From Nitrosomonadales bacterium (GTDB lineage: Bacteria > Pseudomonadota > Gammaproteobacteria > Burkholderiales > Gallionellaceae), in the NCBI GenBank assembly GCA_016235045.1, contig JACRME010000015.1, positions 3,296 to 67,295 of the forward strand: DNA of 64,000 nt, read 5' to 3'. A model generated the notes under the pieces. That model was not told where the DNA came from. It searched no databases and worked only from the letters and a program-made list of their open reading frames with translations. Shown piece after piece: positions 18,281 to 27,381 of this stretch. The translations under genes and the position numbers were made by a program. Positions within the stretch are counted from its first letter, which is position 1, and every line of letters begins with the position of its first letter.

Positions 18281-18467
18281 ATGCTTCCCGTCGGTGCGGG
18301 AATCTATCCTTGCGCCAGCTCCTATCCTGGGGAGTCCGCTGTGAGCCTTGCACCGTGCGTGCGGTGCGATGTGCGTGGGGCGGAGTTGCAAGTGGGATGA
18401 ACTGTAGGGGTATGGGGCGGGTTGTGTCAATTGTACTGAGGGGGCGAAGTTGTGAAGCAGCACAGAG

Positions 18468-18506
18468 TCTACCCCCACCCTAGCCCTCCCCCTGGGAGGG
18501 GGAGGG
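18468..18506. repeat. REP-B unit
   Basis: TCTACCCCCACCCTAGCCCTCCCCCTGGGAGGGGGAGGG. Confidence 0.8.
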
Positions 18507-18537
18507 AATGCTGGTCCATGTTTAGGACACAGTAAGA

Positions 18538-20505
18538 CTAACGGAAATTAATCGCACCGATGTCATACCCGTCGGCGCTTGGTCGCGGTGTGCGATAGAA
18601 ATCTTCAAAGACTGCGACCGGCGTGCCCGCGCCGATGGCCGGGCTGGATGCGCCGAGGCGGAAAAAGTCGGCGCTGGCCGGGTTCGCCGAAACCAGTTGC
18701 GGGTCGGCCAGCAGCGAATGGCTGTCGAGGCCCAACGCTTGCCAGCCGCTCAGATCGTACCTTGCCGTGGGCAGGCCGGAGGGGCCGACGGCGAACGGAT
18801 TTGCCTTGCTCGGTTTGTAGTAGAGGTTGTTGCTCAGGGCGATGCCGGTGGTCGCACCGAGGTTGATGAGTTCGCCCAAGCCGTTGATCCCCGGATTCTC
18901 CGACCACATCAGGTTGTTGCGCACTTCCCAGTTGCTCACCGCGGGCAGCTCGATATTCAGAAAATCGCCGTTGCCGATGTTGAGTCCGGTGGTGTTCGGC
19001 GTCATGTAGACTGAGTTGTTGAGTACATGCACGTTGCTCGCCCCGCAGGCGCCGCGGAATGCAAGGTTCATGTCGTAGATCAGGTTGTTGCGGACCATCG
19101 CGTCGTTTTCGGTCAGGTCGATGCCGGTGGAGATGTAGTCATCATTGGCGGGGTTGCCGTCGGGCTTGAGGATATTGCGTTCGATGAGCAGCATGCCGAG
19201 GTTGCGGTCGACAGCCAGCGAGAAATCGCACTCCACGTCGCTCGCGCTGGTGGCGATGCGCGAGGTGCCGGCGGTGATGATGTTGTCGGTGATGACGCCG
19301 CGCCGGGAATGCCACTTGATGCCGGTGGTCGGCGCGGCGCGGCTGGCATCGATCAGGTTGTCGGTGATGTAGACGTTGCGGCTCTCGCTCGGCCGGATAA
19401 AGCTGACCGCGATGCGCATCTGGTCGACGCTGCTGCCCATCAGCGCGCTGTCGACGCCGTCGACGTAGACGGAGAAATAGGCGTTGTTCTGCACCTGCGA
19501 GTTGTAGAGATAGCTTCTGTCGCCGCCTACTCCCCAGCCGACTTCGTTGCCGTTGTGGATCGAAAGGTTCATGCCGAGGAATTCGGTGCCGGTGCTCCCC
19601 ACGACGGTCGCGCCTTCGGTATTGGCTGGCGGCAGGTTGGTGCCGTCGAGGTCGAGGTCCATCACCCGCCAGTCCGTGCCGCTGACCAGCAGGCCTGCAC
19701 TCTGCCCCGGGTTTGCGCCCAGTTGCAGGATAGGCCGCGCGCCGGGGCCGAACGCGCCCAGCGTGTTGGGACCGCTGCCGCTCAGCGCGAGGGAGACCCC
19801 GGGCCAGGTCTCGCCGCTGCGCAGCAACAGGCGGCGATTGGCCGCAGCGTTCAGCCAGCTCAACTGTGCCGCCAGATCGGTAGAGGTAAGCGTCGCGCAG
19901 TTCGCCGGTGCATCGGTGAAGTCGCCCGTGCGCGAAACGCAGCGGGTTGCGTTCCCGGCGTAAACGGCTGCCGGATCGCTCACGGTGATGCTGACCGTAC
20001 CCACCGGACCAAGCCGCCCGGCACGATCCCGCACGCTGACGCTGACAACGTAAGTGCCGGGGGTTTCAAAAACATGCGCCGCCAGAAATCCGGTCGCCCG
20101 GTTGCGGCTCTTGCCGGTGGTCTGCCACACGCCGGCGCTGGCATCGTCGAAGTCCCAACTGAAATTCGCCGAGAGAAAGTCGTCACCGGTTAGCCCCGTA
20201 GTAGCGCTGGCATCAAAGAAGACTGCGAGCGGCGCAACGCCCGCCGTGCGACTCGGCGTTAGCGTAACCAGGATGTCGGTCAAAACGGGGGTAGATGGGG
20301 ATGGAGCCGACGAGCCCCCGCAAGCCGTCAGGCCCAGGCAGACCAGCAGGAGGAAGATCAGACCACGCCGGGGGTGGAAAATGGCGATAGGGACAGACCG
20401 TTTACTTGGGCTGAATATTGAATATTTGGTGAGACTTGCGATCAAGTGCTTCCCCTTTGCTGAACAAAGTGTGCCGCTGGCGATGCATCCCGACTGATGG
20501 AACAA
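18538..20505 (-). CDS. secreted lipoprotein with PKD domain and right-handed parallel beta-helix region
   Basis: Lipobox LLLVCLGLTAC. PKD-like segment (APLAVFFDAS...FSWDFDD...HVFETPGTYVVSVSVRD). Repeated NN-I/L beta-helix turns (ITDNLI, VRNNLIY, VLNNSVY, VRNNLMW). The start is uncertain: the ORF's first 50 codons or so read through the conserved leader repeat, and no ATG, GTG or TTG lies just before the signal peptide. Confidence 0.7.
   Translation of the reverse strand: MFHQSGCIASGTLCSAKGKHLIASLTKYSIFSPSKRSVPIAIFHPRRGLIFLLLVCLGLTACGGSSAPSPSTPVLTDILVTLTPSRTAGVAPLAVFFDASATTGLTGDDFLSANFSWDFDDASAGVWQTTGKSRNRATGFLAAHVFETPGTYVVSVSVRDRAGRLGPVGTVSITVSDPAAVYAGNATRCVSRTGDFTDAPANCATLTSTDLAAQLSWLNAAANRRLLLRSGETWPGVSLALSGSGPNTLGAFGPGARPILQLGANPGQSAGLLVSGTDWRVMDLDLDGTNLPPANTEGATVVGSTGTEFLGMNLSIHNGNEVGWGVGGDRSYLYNSQVQNNAYFSVYVDGVDSALMGSSVDQMRIAVSFIRPSESRNVYITDNLIDASRAAPTTGIKWHSRRGVITDNIITAGTSRIATSASDVECDFSLAVDRNLGMLLIERNILKPDGNPANDDYISTGIDLTENDAMVRNNLIYDMNLAFRGACGASNVHVLNNSVYMTPNTTGLNIGNGDFLNIELPAVSNWEVRNNLMWSENPGINGLGELINLGATTGIALSNNLYYKPSKANPFAVGPSGLPTARYDLSGWQALGLDSHSLLADPQLVSANPASADFFRLGASSPAIGAGTPVAVFEDFYRTPRPSADGYDIGAINFR
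20411..20492 (-). repeat. 81-nt conserved leader/promoter module (copy B), upstream of the PKD/beta-helix gene
   Basis: See 18200-18280. It is immediately followed (20496-20520) by a 25-nt fragment of the 60-nt nested element. Confidence 0.75.
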
Positions 20506-20581
20506 CTAGCCATTCGACTATTGATCCGGCACGGTGATGTCTTGACTCAGTCGTGCTAAACGGATGTCGCGGGTCTCAAAA

Positions 20582-20631
20582 GTAGGGTGCGCCTGCGCAC
20601 CATTTGGATCTGGTGCGTGAGCGCACCCTAC
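20582..20631. repeat. REP-D palindrome (GTAGGGTGCGC...GCGCACCCTAC)
   Basis: GTAGGGTGCGCCTGCGCACC-atttggatc-TGGTGCGTGAGCGCACCCTAC, the same family as 28751-28812. Confidence 0.75.
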
Positions 20632-20675
20632 AAACTTGACCCCGGTGCCGCGTGCCCACCCTACCCGGCTGAAAG

Positions 20676-21347
20676 CTAGACTGTAAGTGCTGTACATAAG
20701 CGCTCGACCTGACGATTGAATGCAGATTCCTCGTTGTGTCCTCTAAAGTCAGCCGCCACACGTGACTGCAACTGTCGCGCAAGATCTTTCCGTTCTGGCT
20801 CCCAACGGGACAAGACGAAATCATCTAACAGAACTGGAATCAAGAGTTCTGTACCTCCTTCGCGTGCCTCACGCGTAAGGGTTTGCTCGAGTTCATTCAG
20901 CCAACCTGGACGAGTAACTGCAGCCTCCGAGCAAATGGAGACTACGACGTCGTATTCATAAACAGCATCTGCCATCGTTCGATGTAGGCGCCGACCTGGA
21001 ATTGAGGACTCTGGGAAGTAATAGGTATGAACGCCTTTGCTCAGAAGCGCCTCATAGAGTTTTCGCGCAAAAACTTCATCTGGCCCGCCGTAGCTTATGA
21101 ACGCCGTCTTGAACTTTGCCGGCTTAACAACCGGATTTGCGGCTCTGTCTAGTCTTCCGACTGTCTGTGCGGATAGATCGCCCGAGCGTGCAATTTCAGC
21201 TATTGACGGACCATTCGGTAAGTTTCGCAGTGCAAGCATTTGCTGCACGAATTGCGACGTCTCTGGCGCGAGACCGAGGTCATCCAGGAACGGCTTAAGC
21301 CGTTCATAGTTCTCGGGCGTGAGTTTTACGGCGGCGGCTACGAACAT
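20676..21347 (-). CDS. TIR-domain protein with about 75-aa N-terminal helical domain
   Basis: KTAFISYGGPDEVFARKLYEALLSKGVHTYYF (TIR box 1-like) and RPGWLNELEQTL (the W-x-x-E-L motif carrying the NADase Glu in catalytic TIRs). It has its own RBS (AAGGGGAA) and lower GC than draT. Confidence 0.75.
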   Translation of the reverse strand: MFVAAAVKLTPENYERLKPFLDDLGLAPETSQFVQQMLALRNLPNGPSIAEIARSGDLSAQTVGRLDRAANPVVKPAKFKTAFISYGGPDEVFARKLYEALLSKGVHTYYFPESSIPGRRLHRTMADAVYEYDVVVSICSEAAVTRPGWLNELEQTLTREAREGGTELLIPVLLDDFVLSRWEPERKDLARQLQSRVAADFRGHNEESAFNRQVERLCTALTV

Positions 21348-21500
21348 GATTTGGATTCCCCTTAGCTATCAAATCTTGTATTGAGAGTTCGTTTTCCTTG
21401 CTGTTCTTTTTGCCTATGAAACGGCGATGTAGCCACGGCGCGGCGACGGGGTCAAGTCCTGCATTACGATATTTCAATACGCACAGGGTGAACGGCTCAT

Positions 21501-22574
21501 TCAATACGCCGCGATACTCACCTCATACAACCCGCCAATCACAGTGTACTCGTCCTCCCCCTGCAACATCCCCGGCAGCAATCTCGTGTAGCAGAACACT
21601 TTGGCCAGCGGCACTTGCGCGGTGAGCAGGTAGTCGCCGAACTCGTCGGCGCGTTCGCGGTTGGCGGTGAAGGAGCTCAGGCTGTTGAAGAGGACGACGC
21701 GGTGTTTGTTGTCCAGGAGGGCGAGTGTTTCGTGATCGTCAACGCGGTTAACGCCGCGGTAGAGGGTGAGGTGGGTTTCGCCGGGATACAGTCTGGCGAG
21801 TTCGTACTGGCAAAAGGTGTAGAGCAGGTCGAACTGCGATTCCAGCGCGTTGGTTCCGTATAGCGCGGTGGCGCGCATCTCCAGGTAGTGGCGGTAGGCT
21901 TCGCCCGACAAGTTGCGTATCTGCCCGCCGTGATGTCTTGGCAACAAGCCGAAGCGCGATTCCACCCAGCCTTTCAATGCCGCGCCTTCGCGGCCGTCTG
22001 CATCGAAACTCCAGCCGCGCACCATGCGCAGATAGTCGGCTTTCTGCCGCTTGTGTGTCGCTTGTGCGGTGTAGCCCGCCTGTTCCGGTTCGTCCAGATA
22101 GAACGAGGCGTTCATGTGCATGGTGAAGGCGTCGGCGCGTTCCTTTGGACTGTCGATGCGATCCAGCAGTTGGAACAGGCCGCGATGAAACTGGGCCACG
22201 CCGTCGAGTTCAAGGGCGACGGGCGAACGCTGGAAGGTGAGTCCGCCGAGGATGTCGGCGGGGAGGTTGCAGCGGTTGATCGGTAGCCGCGCGCTGCGTG
22301 GCAGAACGATGGACTTGCTTTCAGATAATCCATTAGCTGCAACAACATGCCCTCCCCCTTGCAGGGGGAGGGGTAGGGTGGGGGTAGAGTCGATGGGCTC
22401 CAGCGCTTCTACCCCCATCCTGGCCTTCCCCCTGCAAGGGGGAAGGGACTGGTGCTGCCCTGGTGAACTATCCGGGGTGACTTCGGGGGTTGTAGGCACT
22501 GCTACAAAGGCATCGGCTTTGTTGTGTTCCACATCCGCCATTGCTTGTGGGGTTGTTTTATTTTTCTTATGCAT
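21501..22574 (-). CDS. draT: NAD(+)-dinitrogen-reductase ADP-D-ribosyltransferase DraT (with atypical about 85-aa N-terminal extension)
   Basis: From INRCNLPADILGGLTFQRSPVALELDGV... through ADYLRMVRGWSFDADGREGAALKGWVESRFGL...LTLYRGVN...FNSLSSFTANRERADEFG...GEDEYTVIGGLYEV it is collinear with Rhodospirillum/Azospirillum DraT. It is divergent from nifH. The start is uncertain (see findings). Confidence 0.85.
   Translation of the reverse strand: MHKKNKTTPQAMADVEHNKADAFVAVPTTPEVTPDSSPGQHQSLPPCRGKARMGVEALEPIDSTPTLPLPLQGGGHVVAANGLSESKSIVLPRSARLPINRCNLPADILGGLTFQRSPVALELDGVAQFHRGLFQLLDRIDSPKERADAFTMHMNASFYLDEPEQAGYTAQATHKRQKADYLRMVRGWSFDADGREGAALKGWVESRFGLLPRHHGGQIRNLSGEAYRHYLEMRATALYGTNALESQFDLLYTFCQYELARLYPGETHLTLYRGVNRVDDHETLALLDNKHRVVLFNSLSSFTANRERADEFGDYLLTAQVPLAKVFCYTRLLPGMLQGEDEYTVIGGLYEVSIAAY
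22350..22447. repeat. REP-B doublet, uninterrupted (empty-site reference for the 60-nt nested element)
   Basis: CCTCCCCCTTGCAGGGGGAGGGGTAGGGTGGGGGTAGAG...TCTACCCCCATCCTGGCCTTCCCCCTGCAAGGGGGAAGG. It lies in frame inside the long draT ORF. Confidence 0.8.
22491..22506 (+). promoter_or_regulatory. NifA UAS for nifH
   Basis: TGTAGGCACTGCTACA is an exact TGT-N10-ACA, about 100 nt upstream of the nifH -24 element. Confidence 0.7.
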
Positions 22575-22603
22575 TTCAGGCGGTTGGGTGTTTGTTGGGC
22601 GGG

Positions 22604-22619
22604 TGGCACGGAGCTTGCG
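22604..22619 (+). promoter_or_regulatory. sigma-54 promoter of nifHDK
   Basis: TGGCACGGAGCTTGCG (TGGCAC-N5-TTGC), 66 nt upstream of the nifH ATG. Confidence 0.85.
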
Positions 22620-22666
22620 ATGTACTGGGTGCGAGCGACAGTTTTCAATCGCACATTAAATTCTGA

Positions 22667-23563
<897 letters not shown>

Positions 23564-23569
23564 GAATAA

Positions 23570-23716
23570 AGACCATTTAGCCACAGAGCTCACAGAGCAC
23601 ACAGAGAGAAACGGAAGTTGATAACGCAAGCGGAGTCACGAAGGAAAAGGCTGTCAGGTTTCAGGTTTGGCCTTCCTCTGTGATCTCTGTGTCCTCTGTG
23701 GCAAAAATGTTTTTGA
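23570..23716. repeat. MITE-like CACAGAG-arm element (copy 2)
   Basis: TTAGCCACAGAGCTCACAGAGCACACAGAGAG ... CCTCTGTGATCTCTGTGTCCTCTGTGGCAAA, between nifH and nifD. Confidence 0.8.
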
Positions 23717-23761
23717 ACCTGACAGACTCCACAGATTAGTGGGTCATTAAAGGAGAATGAA

Positions 23762-25237
23762 ATGTCTGCATTAACACGCGAAGAAACCCAGGCCCTGATT
23801 CAAGAGGTGCTTGAGGTTTATCCCGAGAAAGCAAAGAAAGACCGCGAGAAGCACCTGGCGGTCAACGACCAATCGATCGAACAGTCCAAGAAGTGCATCA
23901 CCTCCAACCGCAAATCGTTGCCGGGCGTGATGACCATTCGCGGTTGCGCCTACGCCGGTTCCAAGGGTGTGGTGTGGGGCCCGATCAAGGACATGATCCA
24001 CATTTCCCACGGCCCGGTCGGCTGCGGCCAGTATTCCCGCGCCGGTCGCCGTAACTACTACGTCGGCACCACCGGCGTGAACACTTTCGGCACGATGAAC
24101 TTCACTTCCGACTTCCAGGAAAAGGACATCGTGTTCGGCGGCGACAAGAAGCTCGCCAAAGTAATGACTGAAATCGATGCCCTGTTCCCGTTGAACAAAG
24201 GCATCTCGATTCAATCCGAGTGCCCGATCGGCCTGATCGGCGACGACATCGAAGCGGTCGCGAAAAAGACTGCGGCAGAAACCGGCAAGGTGGTAGTACC
24301 GGTGCGCTGCGAAGGTTTCCGCGGCGTGTCGCAATCGCTCGGTCACCACATCGCCAACGACGCGATCCGCGACTGGGTGCTGCCCCGCCGCGACGGCAAG
24401 GCGCATGAAAGCACGCCTTACGACGTGGCCGTGATCGGCGACTACAACATCGGCGGCGACGCCTGGTCTTCGCGCATCCTGCTGGAAGAAATGGGTCTGC
24501 GCGTGGTTGCGCAATGGTCCGGCGACGGCACCATCGCCGAGATGGAAAAGACGCCCTACGTCAAGATGAACCTCATCCACTGCTACCGTTCGATGAACTA
24601 CATCGCGCGTCACATGGAAGAGAAGTACAGCATCCCCTGGATGGAATACAACTTCTTCGGCCCGACCAAGGTTGCCGAGTCGCTGCGTGCCATCGCCGCG
24701 CACTTCGACGACAAGATCAAGGAAGGCGCAGAACGCGTCATCGCCAAGTACAAGGCAATGATGGACGAGATCATCGCCAAGTACAAACCGCGTCTCGAAG
24801 GCAAGCGCGTCATGTTGTACGTCGGCGGTCTGCGTCCGCGTCACGTGATCGGTGCCTATGAAGATCTGGGCATGGAAGTGGTCGGTACCGGTTACGAGTT
24901 CGGTCACAACGACGACTACGACCGCACCATCAAGGATATGGGCAACGCGACGCTGATCTATGACGACGTCACCGGCTTCGAGTTCGAAGAGTTCGTGAAG
25001 CGCGTCAAGCCAGACCTGGTCGGTTCCGGCATCAAGGAAAAGTTCATCTTCCAGAAGATGGGCGTTCCCTTCCGCCAGATGCATAGCTGGGACTACTCCG
25101 GCCCGTATCACGGCTACGACGGCTTCGCCATCTTCGCCCGCGACATGGACATGACTTTGAACAACCCGTGCTGGGGCAAGATGCAGGCGCCGTGGTTGAA
25201 GAAGGATGAGCCGGTCGCGGAGAAGGCGGCAGCGTAA
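23762..25237 (+). CDS. nifD: nitrogenase molybdenum-iron protein alpha chain
   Basis: 491 aa. ...[35 protein letters not shown]...HCYRSMNY... are canonical NifD motifs. Confidence 0.97.
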   Translation: MSALTREETQALIQEVLEVYPEKAKKDREKHLAVNDQSIEQSKKCITSNRKSLPGVMTIRGCAYAGSKGVVWGPIKDMIHISHGPVGCGQYSRAGRRNYYVGTTGVNTFGTMNFTSDFQEKDIVFGGDKKLAKVMTEIDALFPLNKGISIQSECPIGLIGDDIEAVAKKTAAETGKVVVPVRCEGFRGVSQSLGHHIANDAIRDWVLPRRDGKAHESTPYDVAVIGDYNIGGDAWSSRILLEEMGLRVVAQWSGDGTIAEMEKTPYVKMNLIHCYRSMNYIARHMEEKYSIPWMEYNFFGPTKVAESLRAIAAHFDDKIKEGAERVIAKYKAMMDEIIAKYKPRLEGKRVMLYVGGLRPRHVIGAYEDLGMEVVGTGYEFGHNDDYDRTIKDMGNATLIYDDVTGFEFEEFVKRVKPDLVGSGIKEKFIFQKMGVPFRQMHSWDYSGPYHGYDGFAIFARDMDMTLNNPCWGKMQAPWLKKDEPVAEKAAA

Positions 25238-25243
25238 GTACCA

Positions 25244-25351
25244 CCCCTCTACTCCCTCCCCCTTGCAGGGGGAGGGCGGGGGAGAGGGTAGAAGTAGTCA
25301 GGTTCCACGACTCTACCCTCTCCCTAACCCTCTCCCTGCAAGGGAGAGGGG
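25244..25351. repeat. REP-B / REP-B' cluster (…CCCTCCCCCTTGCAGGGGGAGGG… and …CCCTCTCCCTGCAAGGGAGAGGG…)
   Basis: Two palindromic units lie between nifD and nifK. The second (CTCTCCC type) is the family also found inside nifN. Confidence 0.8.
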
Positions 25352-25365
25352 ACGGAGGAAGAAAT

Positions 25366-25400
25366 GTAGGGTGGGTTAGGCCGCAAGGACGTAACCCACC
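25366..25400. repeat. REP-D-like hairpin
   Basis: GTAGGGTGGGTTAGGCCGCAAGGACGTAACCCACC. Confidence 0.6.
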
Positions 25401-25463
25401 AGCATCACCACCTTAACTGATGCTCGTGTCCGCAGATTGGCGGCTCGGGCCAAGGAGATAAAC

Positions 25464-27032
25464 ATGCAACAAGCTGATGACATCAAACCTTGTTATCCAT
25501 TGTTCCGTCAGGACGAGTACAAGGAATCGCTGAGTAACAAACAGGACAACTTTGAAGAGCGTCACGACGCTGCAAAAGTTCAGGAAACCTTCAAGTGGAC
25601 AACCACGATGGAGTACCGCGAACTCAACTTCAAGCGCGAAGCATTGACCGTTAACCCGGCCAAGGCCTGCCAACCTCTGGGCGCGGTGCTGTGCGCGCTG
25701 GGCTTCGAAAAGACCATGCCGTACGTGCACGGTTCGCAAGGTTGCGTGGCTTACTTCCGCACCTATTTCAACCGTCACTTCCGCGAGCCGGTGTCTTGCG
25801 TATCCGATTCCATGACTGAAGACGCAGCCGTGTTCGGCGGTCAGAAGAACATGATCGACGGCCTGGAAAACGCCAAGGCGCTGTACAAGCCGGAAATGAT
25901 CGCGGTATCCACCACCTGCATGGCGGAAGTGATCGGCGACGACTTGAACGCCTTCATTCTCAACACCAAGAAGGCCGGGAATATTCCCGACGACTTCCCG
26001 GTACCGTTCGCGCACACCCCGTCGTTCGTGGGTTCGCACGTGACAGGATGGGACGGCATGCTCGAAGGCGTGTTGCGTTGCTTCACCGTGAACAGCATGG
26101 AAGGCAAAGTGATCGGCTCCAACGGCAAGATCAACATCGTTCCCGGTTTCGAGACTTACCTCGGCAACTACCGCGTGATCCATCGCATGCTGGACGAGAT
26201 GGGCGTTGCGCACACCATGCTGAGCGATCCTTCCGAAGTGCTGGATACACCGGCCGACGGCCAGTTCCGCATGTACTCGGGCGGCACCACGCAGGCTGAA
26301 GTGAAAGACGCGCCGAACGCGATCAACACTTTCCTGCTGCAACCGCTGTCGATCGACAAGTCCAGGAAATATATCGAGGCAACGTGGAAGCACGAGACAC
26401 CGAAGTTGAACATCCCGATGGGCCTGGAGTGGACCGACGAATGGCTGATGAAGGTTTCCGAAGTCACCGGCAAGGCGATCCCCGCTTCGTTGTTGAAGGA
26501 GCGCGGCCGCTTCGTGGACATGATGACCGATAGCCACACCTGGCTGCACGGCAAAAAGATCAGCCTGTACGGCGATCCCGACTTCGTCATGGGCATGACC
26601 AAGTTCCTCACCGAACTGGGCATCGAACCGCTGCACGTGCTGTGCAACAACGGCAGCAAGAAGTGGGAAAAAGCCATGCGCAAGATGCTGGACGAGACTC
26701 CCTACGGCAAGAACACCCAGTTGTTCGCGGGTGCCGACCTGTGGCACTTCCGTTCGCTGGTGCTGACCGAGAAGCCCGACTTCATGATCGGCAACTCCTA
26801 CGCCAAGTTCATCCAGCGCGACACGCTGGCCCTGGGTAAAGAGTTCGAGGTTCCGCTGATCCGTATCGGCTTCCCGATCTTCGATCGTCATCACCTGCAT
26901 CGCTCGACAACACTGGGCTATGAAGGCGCGATGCAGATGCTTACCACACTGACCAATGCAGTGCTGGAGAAGCTGGATGAAGATACGCGCGGTATGGGAA
27001 CCACCGACTACAACCACGATCTGGTACGTTAA
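25464..27032 (+). CDS. nifK: nitrogenase molybdenum-iron protein beta chain
   Basis: ORF 25437..27032 trimmed to ATG 25464 (RBS AAGGAG). ...ALTVNPAKACQPLGAVLCALGFEKTMPYVHGSQGCVAYFR... is canonical NifK. Confidence 0.97.
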   Translation: MQQADDIKPCYPLFRQDEYKESLSNKQDNFEERHDAAKVQETFKWTTTMEYRELNFKREALTVNPAKACQPLGAVLCALGFEKTMPYVHGSQGCVAYFRTYFNRHFREPVSCVSDSMTEDAAVFGGQKNMIDGLENAKALYKPEMIAVSTTCMAEVIGDDLNAFILNTKKAGNIPDDFPVPFAHTPSFVGSHVTGWDGMLEGVLRCFTVNSMEGKVIGSNGKINIVPGFETYLGNYRVIHRMLDEMGVAHTMLSDPSEVLDTPADGQFRMYSGGTTQAEVKDAPNAINTFLLQPLSIDKSRKYIEATWKHETPKLNIPMGLEWTDEWLMKVSEVTGKAIPASLLKERGRFVDMMTDSHTWLHGKKISLYGDPDFVMGMTKFLTELGIEPLHVLCNNGSKKWEKAMRKMLDETPYGKNTQLFAGADLWHFRSLVLTEKPDFMIGNSYAKFIQRDTLALGKEFEVPLIRIGFPIFDRHHLHRSTTLGYEGAMQMLTTLTNAVLEKLDEDTRGMGTTDYNHDLVR

Positions 27033-27040
27033 GGGCAGGC

Positions 27041-27118
27041 GTAGGGTGGGCACGCTTTTGTGCCCACGCGGTTTTCGTATCTCGCTCCGCGTGGGCACAT
27101 GAAACGTACCCACCCTAC
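27041..27118. repeat. REP-D pair (GTAGGGTGGGCAC...GTGCCCAC...GTGGGCAC...CCCACCCTAC)
   Basis: Nested inverted repeats between nifK and nifT. Confidence 0.75.
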
Positions 27119-27141
27119 ATCCTGCAACTCAAGGAGTTGCA

Positions 27142-27363
27142 ATGGCAAACATCATGATCCAAGGCAGCAAAGGCGCGTACGTGTTCTATTTGCCCAAGCG
27201 CGACCTCGAGGACAACATCGTTTCGATGGAGTTCGACACCCCGGAGAAGTGGGGCGGCGAGATCAAGCTGAACAATGGCGGCACGTACTACATCGAGCCG
27301 CAGCCGGCTCCGGCGCGGTTGCCGATCTCGTTGCGCGCCAAGCGTCTGGATGCTGCTGAATAA
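27142..27363 (+). CDS. nifT: NifT/FixU
   Basis: 73 aa, MANIMIQGSKGAYVFYLPKRDLEDNIVSMEFDTPEKWGGEIKLNNG. This is the NifT signature, at the expected position after nifK. Confidence 0.85.
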   Translation: MANIMIQGSKGAYVFYLPKRDLEDNIVSMEFDTPEKWGGEIKLNNGGTYYIEPQPAPARLPISLRAKRLDAAE

Positions 27364-27381
27364 ACAATCAGGAGAATTATC

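Noticed and set aside
9860-21347. Thoeris-like system (SIR2-fold gene at 9860-10720 plus TIR gene at 20676-21347)
   Set aside because: The two genes are 10 kb apart and separated by unrelated genes. The SIR2-like protein lacks the catalytic His motif and a recognisable SLOG or Macro sensor, so there is no basis for calling them one system.
23771-27113. Long minus-strand ORFs (23771..25111, 25413..27113) opposite nifD and nifK
   Set aside because: Shadow ORFs antisense to canonical nitrogenase genes. Their composition is low-complexity and no motifs are present.
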